A DNA stretch of 62,049 nucleotides, filler included, from 6 parts of 6 records of this genome joined end to end with filler, not necessarily neighbours in it; one strand, 5' to 3'. Counted from the first letter of the whole stretch, positions 41,835 through 53,251 are shown. Numbers and translations are program-made. Notes: generated by a model not told the origin, from the letters alone.

Positions 41835-42704
41835 ATGCTTGGAATCATTGGTATTATTTTGATTTTCGTAATGGTTTTCGGGGGTTACATTCTTGCCGGA
41901 GGCAAGATGGCAATCATTTTGAAATCCCTGCCATTCGAGATGATGATCATCGGTGGCGCGGCCGTCGGCGCCTTTATGATCGGCAACGACATGAGCGCAG
42001 TAAAGCATACGTTCAAAGACATGGGAAAAGTCTTCAAGGGGCCCAAATGGAAGGCTGAAGATTACCGTGATCTCCTGTGCTTGTTATTTGAGCTTGTTCG
42101 TCTGGCGCGCAGCAGTCCGGTTGCGGTTGAAGAGCACGTGGAAAACCCTCAAGAATCCTCGATATTTAGCAAATATCCAAAGATTCAAGGCGACCGTGAA
42201 TCCGTCGAACTGATTTGCGACACGCTCCGCTCTGTTTCCATGAACTATGACGATCCGCACCAGGTCGAAGAGGTCTTGGATAAACGGATGGAGGCAACGT
42301 TGACACACGCACTGCATTCCAGTCACGCTCTTCAGACTTTGGCAGACGGTCTTCCCGCACTGGGTATCGTCGCTGCGGTTCTGGGGGTTATCAAGACGAT
42401 GGCTTCCATTGATCAACCGCCCGAGGTTTTGGGAAAACTCATCGGCGGCGCATTGGTCGGTACATTTCTTGGGGTGTTTCTGGCATACGGCCTGGTCGCG
42501 CCTTTCTCTTCCAAGGTAAAAGCGGTCGTTGAGGAGGACGGTCATTTTTACCAGCTTATCCGCGAAGTGCTCGTTGCGAACCTTTACAATCATTCAACTA
42601 ACATTTGTATCGAGGTTGGTCGTCAAAATACACCGGCCCATTGTCGGCCCAGTTTTGTCGATCTCGAAGAGGCTTTGAAAGCCGTCAAGCAGGATGCCGC
42701 ATGA
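41835..42704 (+). CDS. motA: Flagellar stator protein MotA
   Basis: VFGGY, E.MIIGGAA, LPALGIVAAVLGVIKTM, ALVGTFLGV.LAYG. Confidence 0.96.
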   Translation: MLGIIGIILIFVMVFGGYILAGGKMAIILKSLPFEMMIIGGAAVGAFMIGNDMSAVKHTFKDMGKVFKGPKWKAEDYRDLLCLLFELVRLARSSPVAVEEHVENPQESSIFSKYPKIQGDRESVELICDTLRSVSMNYDDPHQVEEVLDKRMEATLTHALHSSHALQTLADGLPALGIVAAVLGVIKTMASIDQPPEVLGKLIGGALVGTFLGVFLAYGLVAPFSSKVKAVVEEDGHFYQLIREVLVANLYNHSTNICIEVGRQNTPAHCRPSFVDLEEALKAVKQDAA

Positions 42705-44956
42705 CACGAATACTTGTCACACTGCTTCTTGCTCTTTGGTCCGCAGGCGCTGCGTCTCAGACTTTGCAAGTGCGTTCCGGAGAGCACGGTGACTTCACCC
42801 GGCTGGTCATTGACATCGAAAGGGGAACGCGCTGGAGCCTGGAACCGGGATCAGATCCATTTGATCAGGTCGTAAGATTTCCAGAAGCGCAATTCACTTT
42901 TGATACTTCTGAAGTGTTTTCCCGCATTAACACCAAAAGAATTTCCGAAGTGAGTCAGATTGGGGCATCAAGCGATCTTGGCCTGCGCTTCTCTTGTGAT
43001 TGCACTGCAGAGGCATTTTTGTTGAATGGCAACATGCTTGTTCTGGATATAGCGGAGTATGACCCGGATACAGCCGCACGACCTGCAATTGCTCCACAGG
43101 AACTCCGGAAGTCAGAATTGGATAACAGCCTCAATCTGCCGACTACGCCAATAATGCCGATCAACACATTTGGTGCCCTGCCTCTCGATAAACTGGTTAC
43201 CGGCGGAAGTTCGATTATGATCGAAACTCCGGCCAGTGAGGAAGCGTCCAAAGATTCCGGGCAAACAGTGATCGCCGAGCTTGAACGTGACATCGCTGAA
43301 CAGCTGGCACGGGCTGTTACGGCTGGATTGCTTAATGTATCAGAGGCCCCGGCCCAGTTTATTTCCGAGCCAACGGCTCGTACACCCTTGAATCATGGCG
43401 TGCCTTTCGATCCCGCACTAGATTCACACGAGGCAGCACAGGAGTTACCTCGGGACGTTCCGCGATCAATGCTGGAAGACGGTCGCATTCTTTTGAGCGG
43501 CGATCATTGTGTAGCCGATAGTGACCTGGCCTTGGCGGCTTGGGCCAATGAAACGCCATTTGAGAGACAGCTGAGCAATCTGCGGGCAAGTCTGATAGGA
43601 GAATTTGACAGGCTCAACAGTGACGTCGCTATAAACCTCGCAAAATTTTATCTTCATTTTGGTATGGCTCCCGAAGCAAAGGAGTTTCTACAAATGGTGG
43701 ATTCGCCCACTGCGAGCACACTGGCTGGGCTGGCGATCATCCTCGATGACGAACCTGATCCAGCGGGTGCCTTTTCGGGGCAGACGCATTGCGAAAGTTC
43801 CGCCGCGATGTGGTCATTGCTGGATCTCAGGGGTTCAACGACCGGCCGTGAAATAAACAAGCGGGCTATATTACGGGGCTTCGAGGCGCTGCCCGACAAC
43901 CTCAAGAGCTACCTTGTAGACCGCTTGGTCGAAGCATTGCTTTCTTTGGGAGAGCGGGGGGCTGCGCAGGATCTCATGAAACGGTTGTCCCGGTCGCAGC
44001 CTGAGAAGAGCCCTGAAATTGAACTTGCCCGAGCTAAGATGGATATCGACGAAGGCGACTTCATAGCAGCGGCCGCACGCCTTACGGACGTCGCAAATTC
44101 GTCGGCGAATGCGGCTTCGGCTGATGCCGTGGAAACAATTTTGGAGATCTCTGCCAAACAGGGTGTCCCCGCCGAACCGGGCATTCCGCAACTCGCCTCT
44201 GCATATTCTGTCGAATTTAGGGGCTCCGAGGAAGGACCGGCGCTTTGGCGGGCTTATCTGAGGGCGCTAATTGGCCAAGGCAGCTTTGATGAGGTGTTTG
44301 GTGAATTGAAGGATGAAACTTCTGGCGACCAACAGATTGATGCGGATATCCGGAATGAGGCGGCGAATGCTCTGATCCGGAATGCAGAAGACATTAGTTT
44401 CATGCGCAATGCGCTGGCAACCAGCCCCGAACATCCACTTGGTACGGAACGCACAACTTTATTGGCTGCCGCTGATCGTATGTTATCCCTCGGTTTGCCG
44501 GACGCGGCTTCATCTTTAATGGAAAACATTGATGCGGATCGCGGTGATCGGGAAGCGCGTGTTCTTCAAGCCCGTGTTCTATTGGCAGAAGGTCGCCCCG
44601 AGGATGCGGAAATCATGCTGATCGGTTTACAGGGGGCTGATATTCTCCAATTACGGGCAGAGGCAAGAGGCATGATGGGAGATTACAGTTATTCGGGGCC
44701 TACAGATTTGATTACCGGTAGACCGCCTGAATCCCCTCAACCGTTTTGGACGCCTCGCGAATGGAACACACAGGCGCAAAATGATAATGAACCGCCTGCT
44801 GATTCAGTGCGGCCTGTATCTCTAAGCGGTGCGGTGCCGGATGCAGCTCTTACTGCCAGTCTTGGCGGATCGAAAGCGCTTGTCGCTGACAGCGAGACGA
44901 TGCGGGAAACATTGCGCGCCCTTCTTGAGTCCACTCAGATTCTGCCAGATAGCTGA
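42701..44956 (+). CDS. Conserved exported flagellar-cluster protein with a helical/TPR-like C-terminus
   Basis: Signal peptide, VRSGEHGDFTRLV, CDC, LIGEFD, LAKFYLHFG..EA; ATGA-coupled to motA. Confidence 0.75.
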   Translation: MTRILVTLLLALWSAGAASQTLQVRSGEHGDFTRLVIDIERGTRWSLEPGSDPFDQVVRFPEAQFTFDTSEVFSRINTKRISEVSQIGASSDLGLRFSCDCTAEAFLLNGNMLVLDIAEYDPDTAARPAIAPQELRKSELDNSLNLPTTPIMPINTFGALPLDKLVTGGSSIMIETPASEEASKDSGQTVIAELERDIAEQLARAVTAGLLNVSEAPAQFISEPTARTPLNHGVPFDPALDSHEAAQELPRDVPRSMLEDGRILLSGDHCVADSDLALAAWANETPFERQLSNLRASLIGEFDRLNSDVAINLAKFYLHFGMAPEAKEFLQMVDSPTASTLAGLAIILDDEPDPAGAFSGQTHCESSAAMWSLLDLRGSTTGREINKRAILRGFEALPDNLKSYLVDRLVEALLSLGERGAAQDLMKRLSRSQPEKSPEIELARAKMDIDEGDFIAAAARLTDVANSSANAASADAVETILEISAKQGVPAEPGIPQLASAYSVEFRGSEEGPALWRAYLRALIGQGSFDEVFGELKDETSGDQQIDADIRNEAANALIRNAEDISFMRNALATSPEHPLGTERTTLLAAADRMLSLGLPDAASSLMENIDADRGDREARVLQARVLLAEGRPEDAEIMLIGLQGADILQLRAEARGMMGDYSYSGPTDLITGRPPESPQPFWTPREWNTQAQNDNEPPADSVRPVSLSGAVPDAALTASLGGSKALVADSETMRETLRALLESTQILPDS

Positions 44957-45021
44957 AACGTCGGACCACCTGACCTGGCATGAGATAAAAAGTTCAGGCT
45001 GAACAACCTGATGCATTGAAG

Positions 45022-45121
45022 NNNNNNNNNNNNNNNNNNNNNNNNNNNNNNNNNNNNNNNNNNNNTTAATTAATTAANNNNNNNNNNNNNNNNNNNNNNN
45101 NNNNNNNNNNNNNNNNNNNNN
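45022..45121. other. Artificial contig spacer 4
   Basis: N44-TTAATTAATTAA-N44. Confidence 0.99.
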
Positions 45122-45132
45122 CTTTTTGCCAT
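45122..45132 (-). CDS. dnaJ: Probable first codons of dnaJ (MAK..), truncated
   Basis: ATGGCAAAAAG 1 nt after the grpE stop; call rests on grpE-dnaJ synteny only. Confidence 0.5.
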
Positions 45133-45133
45133 G

Positions 45134-45712
45134 TTATTGCTTCGCTCCTACAACCACTTTTGCAAATCGTACCACTGATTCTCCCAGGGTATATCCGGGC
45201 TCTACTACATCCACAATCTTACCCTCCAATTCCTTTTCAGCAGGAATCTGGGTGATCGCCTCGTGCATCTCATCGTCAAATGCATCGCCCTTTTTCACTT
45301 CCATTTTCTTCAACCCTCTGTTCTGAAGGGATTTGTTGAGCTTGTTCTGAATCAGCTCCATTCCTTCTCTCAGCGCCTTGATGTCTTCGCTACCTTCTGA
45401 AGCATTCATCGCACGCTCAAAGTCGTCCAATACTGGCAAAAGGTCAGCCATCAGGTCTTTGTTGGCGGTACTTATCAGGTCTAGTTTTTCTTTTGATGTT
45501 CTTCTTCTGAAGTTTTCAAACTCCGAATAGAGACGCAAGTATTTATCCTTGGCCTCTCCAAGCTGCTCTTCAAGTGTCGGCTCGGTTGATTCTTCAACCT
45601 CCTCCTCTTCAGCGTTTACTTCATTCTCCTCCACTTGCTCTTCCTGAGCCTGAGCTTCCTGCTCTTCTGATAGTTCCTGCTCCTTATTCACTTTTTCTTT
45701 TGTTTCCTTCAT
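45134..45712 (-). CDS. grpE: Nucleotide exchange factor GrpE
   Basis: YLRLYSEFENFRRR, LLPVLDDFERA, FD...HEAI, GY.L...VVRFAKVVV. Confidence 0.97.
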   Translation of the reverse strand: MKETKEKVNKEQELSEEQEAQAQEEQVEENEVNAEEEEVEESTEPTLEEQLGEAKDKYLRLYSEFENFRRRTSKEKLDLISTANKDLMADLLPVLDDFERAMNASEGSEDIKALREGMELIQNKLNKSLQNRGLKKMEVKKGDAFDDEMHEAITQIPAEKELEGKIVDVVEPGYTLGESVVRFAKVVVGAKQ

Positions 45713-45783
45713 TCTTTCAACTTGCTTAAAGACGTTCTGGGAATGACAATTTCTTTGCCAATGGGGCTTGATGTGCCAATATG

Positions 45784-46770
45784 TCAGTCATTTAACAGCT
45801 GCCAGATTTTATCCTTGAGAGGTTGAATGCCTAGCCCCGTAACACTTGATATAAACAGTGTCTCGACCTCCGGTAGCTCCTCTTTCATTTCGGTCATGAG
45901 CTCTTCATCCAGCAGATCTGACTTGGTAATGGCCAGAAGTCGGTCTTTATCCATTAACTCCGGGTTGTGCTTTTTCAATTCACCATTAAGAATTTCATAC
46001 TCCTTACGGATATCGGCTGCATCTGCCGGTATCATGAATAGCAGGATGGAATTACGTTCAATGTGTCGAAGGAATCTATTTCCAAGTCCCTTTCCTTCGG
46101 CAGCCCCCTCGATAATTCCCGGAATGTCTGCCATCACAAATGACTTATAATCACGATAAGGAACCACTCCCAGGTTCGGAACCAGTGTAGTGAATGGATA
46201 ATCTGCGATCTCGGGCTTAGCCTCAGAAACTACAGAAAGTAAGGTGGATTTTCCGGCATTCGGGAAGCCAACCAGTCCTACATCTGCAAGGATTTTTAAC
46301 TCGAGGATGATCGTAGCTTCTTTTCCTTCGATCCCCGGTTGGGCATAGCGCGGTGTTTGGTTCGTGGCGGACTTATAATGAACGTTTCCCTGACCTCCTC
46401 TTCCACCCGGAAGCAGCACTTTCTCCTCGCCATCTTCCATGATCTCCACCAGCTTCTCATCCGTTTCAGCGTCTTTGGCTATCGTCCCGATCGGCACTTC
46501 CAGAATGATGTCTTCCCCATCCTTGCCAAACTTACGATTGCCCTCACCATGACCTCCATTTTCTGCGGTGATGTGTTTTCGATACTTCAGGTGCAACAAG
46601 GTCCACAACTGACTGTTGCCACGTAAAATGATATGACCTCCATGGCCGCCATCTCCACCATCCGGCCCGCCTTTCGGGACATGCTTTTCTCTACGGAAAT
46701 GTACAGAGCCAGCTCCGCCATCACCTGATTTGGCGTAGAATTTTACGTAATCAATGAAGTTGGATTCCAT
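45784..46770 (-). CDS. obgE: GTPase ObgE
   Basis: [52 protein letters not shown]. Confidence 0.97.
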   Translation of the reverse strand: MESNFIDYVKFYAKSGDGGAGSVHFRREKHVPKGGPDGGDGGHGGHIILRGNSQLWTLLHLKYRKHITAENGGHGEGNRKFGKDGEDIILEVPIGTIAKDAETDEKLVEIMEDGEEKVLLPGGRGGQGNVHYKSATNQTPRYAQPGIEGKEATIILELKILADVGLVGFPNAGKSTLLSVVSEAKPEIADYPFTTLVPNLGVVPYRDYKSFVMADIPGIIEGAAEGKGLGNRFLRHIERNSILLFMIPADAADIRKEYEILNGELKKHNPELMDKDRLLAITKSDLLDEELMTEMKEELPEVETLFISSVTGLGIQPLKDKIWQLLND

Positions 46771-46776
46771 AGGTCT

Positions 46777-47352
46777 CTAGACCTCCAGTGCTGAGACGGT
46801 TTTGTCTATCTCCGAGAAAATATCATCGATATCACCGATACCATTCACGGTAGATAGCCTTCCTTGTTTTTCATAGAAAGGAAGTACGTGAACGGTCTTA
46901 TTGAAATACTCTCCGATTCTTCTGTCCAGCTTATCGGAAGCATCATCCGCACGGCCTTCGAGCTCTTTTCGTTTCGCAATACGATTTCGCACTTCTTCTT
47001 CTGTTACCTTCAATTCGATAACTGCATGGATCGCCGTGCCCATCGACTCCATAAGCGCATCAAGGGCTTTCGCCTGATCGACAGTTCTTGGAAAACCATC
47101 AAACAAAAAACCACTCGCCTGAGGATTCTTTTCTACTTCTTCCTTGAGCATCGCAATGGTAATGTCATCGGAAACCAGGTCTCCATTATTGATGATCTCT
47201 TTAACTATTTGTCCAAGCTCAGTATCGTTTTTCGTATGCCATCTAAACAGATCTCCTGTAGATATGTGACACAGACCGTACTTCTTAATTAGTCGCTCAC
47301 TTTGAGTTCCTTTTCCAGCTCCCGGAGGACCAAATATTATCAGATTTAGCAT
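46777..47352 (-). CDS. adk: Adenylate kinase (short LID)
   Basis: FGPPGAGKGTQ, HISTGD, GFLFDGFPRT, GRADD. Confidence 0.97.
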   Translation of the reverse strand: MLNLIIFGPPGAGKGTQSERLIKKYGLCHISTGDLFRWHTKNDTELGQIVKEIINNGDLVSDDITIAMLKEEVEKNPQASGFLFDGFPRTVDQAKALDALMESMGTAIHAVIELKVTEEEVRNRIAKRKELEGRADDASDKLDRRIGEYFNKTVHVLPFYEKQGRLSTVNGIGDIDDIFSEIDKTVSALEV

Positions 47353-47374
47353 ACCTTCAGTTTGTAAAAAGCGA

Positions 47375-47382
47375 CAAAGATA
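47375..47382 (-). promoter_or_regulatory. Bacteroidota -7 promoter element (TAnnTTTG) for adk
   Basis: TATCTTTG on the minus strand, 22 nt upstream of the ATG. Confidence 0.7.
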
Positions 47383-47444
47383 AGGGCTAAAAATGTTTCG
47401 GGCCGTCTGTTTTTAAACTAGTCTCTTTAAGTTAGCCAACTATT

Positions 47445-47894
47445 ATGGCCACAGCCCTAAAATATTTTACCGTTTACTTCCTCAGTGGACTCAAATTTGT
47501 GTTTGGCCCCACGTTCGGTGTAGCTAATGACCTGCCTGTTCCGGCTATCATTGTGCTAACAGCGCTGGGAATGATGACCACCATCTACCTATTCACATTT
47601 TTTGGAGATGAGATTCATCGATTCTTTCAGCGATTTAGAAAAACCAAGCGAATCTTCACTAAGAAGAGCAGACGGTTTGTGAGGATTTGGCGAAAATTTG
47701 GCCTAAAGGGTATTTGCCTTCTAACACCTCTAGTGCTCACTCCGCCAGGAGGTGGGTTATTGGTTAACCTTCTTGGGTCTAAGAAAAAACAGATTCTAAA
47801 ATGGATGTGGATCAGTGCAATTCTCTGGAGTACTGTTATTACTTTAATTGTGAAGTATGCGTTCTGGCTGATAGAGGATTTTGTGTCTTTTTAA
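47445..47894 (+). CDS. Conserved Bacteroidota membrane protein
   Basis: S.LKFVFGP, R.FTKKSRRFVRIWRKFGL.GI.LLTP.VLTPPGG. Confidence 0.8.
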   Translation: MATALKYFTVYFLSGLKFVFGPTFGVANDLPVPAIIVLTALGMMTTIYLFTFFGDEIHRFFQRFRKTKRIFTKKSRRFVRIWRKFGLKGICLLTPLVLTPPGGGLLVNLLGSKKKQILKWMWISAILWSTVITLIVKYAFWLIEDFVSF

Positions 47895-48799
47895 TCCTCC
47901 TCCGGTTCATCTTCCATCACTTCGATATCCTGAATCAGCACACGCTTGGAGATTGCGCGACCTGTTGGAGTAGCAGCCAATCCACCTTGCGCGGTTTCTT
48001 TGTATCGTGCCTCCATACTCTGTCCAACCTCACCCATAGCGTCCACGCATTCATCTACCGGTATCACCGGGCTCACATCTGCGAGTGCTATTTGTGCTGA
48101 TGAGTTGGCGATTGCTGCTGCGCTTGCATTTCGTACCACACAAGGTATTTCTACCAGTCCGGCCACCGGATCACACACAAGGCCCAGCATGCACTGAATC
48201 GTAATGGCGACAGCATTGAAAATCTGATCATTACTTCCACCCAGACAATAGGTGATTCCGGCTGAAGCCATCGCAGCTGCGGCACCCGTCTCAGCCTGAC
48301 ACCCCCCAACAGCTCCTGCTATGGAAGCGCGCTTTTCCAAAATCAAAGCTACCCCGGCACCAATTAAAAGGGCCTCATAGATTTTTCGATCGGGGATGTC
48401 ATGAATTTCCTGAAGGGTAACCAAAGTGCCCGGAAGTATCCCGCTCGCACCTGCTGTAGGTGCTGCCACCACCCGACCCATGCACGAATTAACCTCCTTC
48501 GCAGCAAGAGCGCGAGCAACCAGTTTTTGAAACTCCGGGGAAAGGACAGACTTAGGAAAGTTCATCACTTTTTTCGCCCCGTTATTGATCATGCCGGAAT
48601 AGGAGTTCATCTCTTCACTCAATCCGGATTGTACGGCTTCCTTCATCACCTGATACGCCTGGTCAATTCCGGTCCAGATATCTTCTTTTTTTTTGCCCTT
48701 TTGATTGATCTCAAAATCAAGAACCGGTTGGTATAAAGGAATATCGTTGGCCTGGCACTCCTTTTTCCACTCTTCGAAACTATTAAACAATACGCCCAT
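47891..48799 (-). CDS. sdaAA: L-serine dehydratase, iron-sulfur-dependent, alpha subunit
   Basis: EVNSCMGRVVAAPTAGASG, GAVGGCQAE, LGLVCDPVAGLVEIPCVVRN, YKETAQGGLA. Confidence 0.93.
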   Translation of the reverse strand: MGVLFNSFEEWKKECQANDIPLYQPVLDFEINQKGKKKEDIWTGIDQAYQVMKEAVQSGLSEEMNSYSGMINNGAKKVMNFPKSVLSPEFQKLVARALAAKEVNSCMGRVVAAPTAGASGILPGTLVTLQEIHDIPDRKIYEALLIGAGVALILEKRASIAGAVGGCQAETGAAAAMASAGITYCLGGSNDQIFNAVAITIQCMLGLVCDPVAGLVEIPCVVRNASAAAIANSSAQIALADVSPVIPVDECVDAMGEVGQSMEARYKETAQGGLAATPTGRAISKRVLIQDIEVMEDEPEED

Positions 48800-48802
48800 A
48801 CT

Positions 48803-48873
48803 CAAAGATACTATTTGTTTGGCCCAATAACTGAGGCTTTGTCGCCAGAGTTTCCTGATCATGTCTATTTTTG
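48803..48873. promoter_or_regulatory. Divergent Bacteroidota -7 elements for sdaAA and hemE
   Basis: TATCTTTG (minus, 48803-10) 3 nt before the sdaAA ATG; TATTTTTG (plus, 48866-73) 5 nt before the hemE ATG. Confidence 0.7.
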
Positions 48874-48878
48874 CGGCC

Positions 48879-49901
48879 ATGCTAAAAAATGACCTTATAC
48901 TCAGAGCTGCCAAAGGTGAGGAAACCGAACGAACACCCGTTTGGCTGATGCGTCAGGCAGGGCGTATTCTTCCTGAATATCGTGCGGTGCGAAACAGCTT
49001 GTCCGGCTTTAAAGAGTTGGTAGAGACTCCTGACTTAGCTGCTGAGGTGACGATACAACCGGTAGATCTGCTTGGTGTAGATGCAGCGATCATTTTTTCT
49101 GATATTTTGGTCATTCCTGAAGCCATGGGCCTTACCTACGAGATGGTGGAGAAAAAAGGGCCTCACTTTCCAAAGACCGTTCAGGCTGAATCAGATCTTA
49201 AAGCATTGAAGGTTGCAGATCCTGCCGATTTGGGATATGTCTATGAAGCCATCAAAATCACGAAAAAAGAACTGGATGGCAGAGTGCCGTTGATTGGTTT
49301 TGCGGGTGCTCCATGGACCATTTTTTCTTATATGATTGAAGGGGGTGGCAGTAAAACCTTTTCTAAAGCCAGAAGGCTTCTTTACTCAGAACCCAAAATG
49401 GCTCATAGGCTGCTTGATATGATCACTGAATCTACAATCGGCTATTTGAAGCAGCAGGTGCTGGCAGGTGCTGATATGGTGCAGGTGTTTGACTCCTGGG
49501 CGGGAGTGCTGCCGGCCGAACATTATTCTGAATTCTCCCTTAAGTATATCTCCGGGATTTGTGATGCGATCACTGAGGTGCCAGTCACTGTTTTTGCAAA
49601 AGGTGCATGGTGGGCGCTCCCTGAAATGAAAGACATCAACTGCCGAACAGTAGGTCTGGATTGGAATATGGATCCAAGGCAGGCTTGTGAAATCTTACCC
49701 AACAAGACACTTCAGGGAAATCTCGACCCATGTGCACTTTATGGGAGCAATGAGTTGATCAAGATGGAAACGAAGAAAATGCTTGAAGCTTTCGGTGATC
49801 ACCCACACATTGCAAACCTGGGACATGGTGTTTATCCTGATACAGATCCGGAGAAAGTGAAGTATTTCATAGAATCAGTGAAAGAGCTATCGTCTCACTG
49901 A
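48879..49901 (+). CDS. hemE: Uroporphyrinogen decarboxylase
   Basis: [54 protein letters not shown]. Confidence 0.97.
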   Translation: MLKNDLILRAAKGEETERTPVWLMRQAGRILPEYRAVRNSLSGFKELVETPDLAAEVTIQPVDLLGVDAAIIFSDILVIPEAMGLTYEMVEKKGPHFPKTVQAESDLKALKVADPADLGYVYEAIKITKKELDGRVPLIGFAGAPWTIFSYMIEGGGSKTFSKARRLLYSEPKMAHRLLDMITESTIGYLKQQVLAGADMVQVFDSWAGVLPAEHYSEFSLKYISGICDAITEVPVTVFAKGAWWALPEMKDINCRTVGLDWNMDPRQACEILPNKTLQGNLDPCALYGSNELIKMETKKMLEAFGDHPHIANLGHGVYPDTDPEKVKYFIESVKELSSH

Positions 49902-52234
49902 TATTTGATATAGAGCGCTATCTTTCTTCTTAGCTCATTCGGATCAAATGGCTTGGTGATATAGTCATTCATTCCAGCTGCTATTACATCCTGACGAACT
50001 TTTAGCAGGGCCGACGCTGTAAGGGCAATGATTGGCGTTTTTTCATCAAATGTTCTGATTTTCCTGGTGGCTTTATAGCCGTCCATGATAGGCATCTGGA
50101 GATCCATCAATACCAGATCATATTTATTCTCCCTCATTTTATCCACTCCTTCCTGTCCATTGTGAGCAACATCCACTCTTAGCTCCCATTTTTTCAGGAA
50201 TTTTTCCGCCACCATGATATTCATCTGGTTGTCTTCCACCAGCAAGATTTTCTTGCCGGTGATAATGTTTGTATCCTCTTCCTCCTGTACTGCTTCATCC
50301 ACTGCTTCATGCATTACTTTTTTAAAGGCCAGGTCGAACCAGAAGATAGTGCCTGAATCAGGCTCACTTTTTACGTATATCTCCGAACCAACCATATTCA
50401 GGATTTTTCTGATAATCGCCAGTCCCAGGCCTGTCCCACCGTATTCCCGGGTTGTTGAAGATCCCGCCTGAGTAAACCTTTCAAAGATTACCTTTTGCTT
50501 GTTATATGGAATTCCAATTCCAGAGTCTACCACCTCTATTCGCAATTTTTGCTTGCGCTCATCATCACTCAGAACTGTGGTCTTCAGTTTCACATATCCT
50601 TTGGCTGTAAATTTCAGCGCATTGTTTATAAGGTTATTGAGGACCTGATAGATACGGGTTTGATCTGCCAGTACCATTGAATGCATATTCTCATCCAGCT
50701 CAAGCACCAAACTCAGCCCTTTTTCTTTTGCCAATGCACTATGAGCCTTGATGATCTTGTTAGCCATATTCTCAAGGTTTACTTCCGTAAACTCAAACTC
50801 AATAGAGCCAGACTCCAGTTTGTTGTAATCAAGGATATCGTTGATCAAGGCAGTAAGATGTTCGGCTGAAAACTGGAGAGATTCTAAGCTTTCTTTTTGA
50901 TCCTTTCGCGGTTCTTCATTCATCAAAAAGTGAGATATCCCTACCACTGCATTAAGTGGCGTTCGAATTTCATGTGAGATGGTGCTCAAAAAGTCTGTTT
51001 TGGCTTTAGAGGCGTCTTCTGCAGCATCCTTGGCTTTTTTTAATGAATGAGCAAATCGGAAAGAAAGAATAAGCGACTGGAAAAAGAAGAATAAGATAAA
51101 TCCGATAAACGTGAGAAAGGTATTTTCCTGCACAGGCGTTAGATACACGGAGATGAGATAAACCGCCACCATAAAAACTATCCCCGTACTGGCAAAAGCA
51201 TACTGGGCTCCCGTTCTATTCCGTTTGTAAGCAATCCAATAAACATATATCAGATAAAAAATTGCCACGATGACCAGGATGAAAAATGGCTCCACCAGCT
51301 TCGTGAATATTATGGTTGGTGTAAACAACGCCATCAGAGAAAATATGGCTGAAATCACTGAGAAGCCAAGCAATATCGTTTTCTTACTATCCTCGGGATA
51401 CAGCAAATAGCTATAGATTGTGAATATGCCGCACGGAATAAACAGTGCAAGGTATTCTGCACGAATAATCAACTCCCACGGCATATTGGGATACAATGCA
51501 TGGATCGCATATTCACCGCTACCAACCATTCGATAGCTAAATGTGAGGCAGAATAAAGCAAAGAAAAGTACGGAACGTTCATGTTGACCAAACATGAATA
51601 GACCCAGAAAGAAAAGTCCACCCATGATCAAACTTCCACTAAGCAAAAAATCATAGCTGAAATCGAAATCTCTTTTTGCATTGAGAACTTTTCGATCACC
51701 AATCATGATTGGTTCTCTTACACCCCCTTTGGTATGCCTGAAATTGGAAACCTGCAATACAAACTCCAACGTGTTTTGATATCTGGCCAGAGATAGAACC
51801 TTAGGCATCCAGTCAGGTGTGGAATCCTCTTTTCTCTTACCAACCTTTCCATTTTTTCCAAATTCAAACCCATCATAATAAAGGAGGTATGAATTATAAG
51901 ACTCACCTAATGATATCGCCAGCTCCGGTGTTTTGGGAGGTAAGATGACTCGCACCCTATAAGTGGCATAGCCTGAACTGGTAAGCTTTTGACCTCCTCG
52001 GGTTGTTCCACCATTCCAAAGTTTGGGAAACTTGTAGTAGTCCGGCTCATAGTAGTCAATCGAGTCGGGTTTAATGAGTTTTTCCCAATAGAATTCCCAC
52101 TCACCATTAAGTGGAACGGCATTGTTTTTAAGATCAGTTTTGGATAAGTCGATAACGCCATCAATAACCTCCTGACTACTGGAGTTGAATGGCATCCACA
52201 AAAGGATGATGAGTACTATTCCGAATCTTCTCAT
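49895..52234 (-). CDS. Hybrid sensor histidine kinase (7TM-DISM-type input, HisKA, HATPase, receiver)
   Basis: LNGEWEFYW extracellular domain, 7 TM helices, [51 protein letters not shown]. Confidence 0.93.
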   Translation of the reverse strand: MRRFGIVLIILLWMPFNSSSQEVIDGVIDLSKTDLKNNAVPLNGEWEFYWEKLIKPDSIDYYEPDYYKFPKLWNGGTTRGGQKLTSSGYATYRVRVILPPKTPELAISLGESYNSYLLYYDGFEFGKNGKVGKRKEDSTPDWMPKVLSLARYQNTLEFVLQVSNFRHTKGGVREPIMIGDRKVLNAKRDFDFSYDFLLSGSLIMGGLFFLGLFMFGQHERSVLFFALFCLTFSYRMVGSGEYAIHALYPNMPWELIIRAEYLALFIPCGIFTIYSYLLYPEDSKKTILLGFSVISAIFSLMALFTPTIIFTKLVEPFFILVIVAIFYLIYVYWIAYKRNRTGAQYAFASTGIVFMVAVYLISVYLTPVQENTFLTFIGFILFFFFQSLILSFRFAHSLKKAKDAAEDASKAKTDFLSTISHEIRTPLNAVVGISHFLMNEEPRKDQKESLESLQFSAEHLTALINDILDYNKLESGSIEFEFTEVNLENMANKIIKAHSALAKEKGLSLVLELDENMHSMVLADQTRIYQVLNNLINNALKFTAKGYVKLKTTVLSDDERKQKLRIEVVDSGIGIPYNKQKVIFERFTQAGSSTTREYGGTGLGLAIIRKILNMVGSEIYVKSEPDSGTIFWFDLAFKKVMHEAVDEAVQEEEDTNIITGKKILLVEDNQMNIMVAEKFLKKWELRVDVAHNGQEGVDKMRENKYDLVLMDLQMPIMDGYKATRKIRTFDEKTPIIALTASALLKVRQDVIAAGMNDYITKPFDPNELRRKIALYIKYQ

Positions 52235-52250
52235 GGCTGCACCAGCCAAA

Positions 52251-53249
52251 TTAAAGATATTTTTTGAGTATCGGATTTTCTTTTGCTTCCTTAAATAGTT
52301 TTTCCCTATCTATTGGAACCACTCCAGGCATTTCACACACCATCCCTCCTCCGATATTTGCCAGCTCGGCAATGAACTCCAACGGCAATCCCAGCGTCAA
52401 ACAAAGACCCGCAATGCTTATCACCGTATCTCCTGCTCCTAGTACCTCCACAATCTGCCTGGGGTGAGATCGAAGCTTACCCGACTCCTTGCCTGAATCA
52501 TAAAAGATTCCGTTTTTGGAAAGGGTAATGAAATAGTTATCAGCAGCTACACTTTCTTTCAGCTGAGTAGCTGCATTGGCAAGTTGTACTTCATCCTGGG
52601 CATCAAATTCAATATCCAGACCATCCTGCAGGTCTGCAACATTTACTTTAAACAACGAAACTCCCTGGTACTTGGTGAAGTTTCTCCGCTTTGGGTCCAC
52701 TGCTATCGGAATATTCTTGTCTTTTGCCAACTTGATTGTTTGCTCAATGACCTCCGGGTTGATCGTTCCTTTATCATAATCCTCAAAAATCACCAAATCA
52801 CATTCGTCTAGCAGGTTTCTAATATGGTGCAACAAGGATTTCTGATCCAAATCAATCAACGGGTGCACATCTTCGTTATCGACACGGATGAGGTGCTGTA
52901 ACCCCGATGTGATTCGAAGCTTGGTAGTGGTTACTCTGTTCTGACTTCTAATGATGCCTTTATTCGGCATATTTTCATAATTCAGCAGTTGCTCAAACGC
53001 CTCGCCATCAGGGTCATCACCTACTACAGAACATAAAATGGGTGTTGCTCCGAGTGCTCTCAAGTTCATCGCCACATTAGCAGCTCCTCCCAGTCTACTT
53101 TCCTTTTTCTCAAGTGTAAGTACAGGAACAGGTGCTTCCTTCGATATTTTACTAGCCTTCCCCCTTATGTAGTAGTCGACTACTACGTCCCCTACGACAA
53201 GTACTGTCTTGTTTTTAAATGCCTCAAATACGTCTTCGATGGAATTCAT
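52251..53249 (-). CDS. PfkB-family heptose-7-phosphate kinase (HldE/RfaE kinase domain only)
   Basis: VLVVGD, ISKEAPVPV, GGAANVA.NL, DYDKG, VDPK, GAGDTV. Confidence 0.88.
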   Translation of the reverse strand: MNSIEDVFEAFKNKTVLVVGDVVVDYYIRGKASKISKEAPVPVLTLEKKESRLGGAANVAMNLRALGATPILCSVVGDDPDGEAFEQLLNYENMPNKGIIRSQNRVTTTKLRITSGLQHLIRVDNEDVHPLIDLDQKSLLHHIRNLLDECDLVIFEDYDKGTINPEVIEQTIKLAKDKNIPIAVDPKRRNFTKYQGVSLFKVNVADLQDGLDIEFDAQDEVQLANAATQLKESVAADNYFITLSKNGIFYDSGKESGKLRSHPRQIVEVLGAGDTVISIAGLCLTLGLPLEFIAELANIGGGMVCEMPGVVPIDREKLFKEAKENPILKKYL

Positions 53250-53251
53250 TA

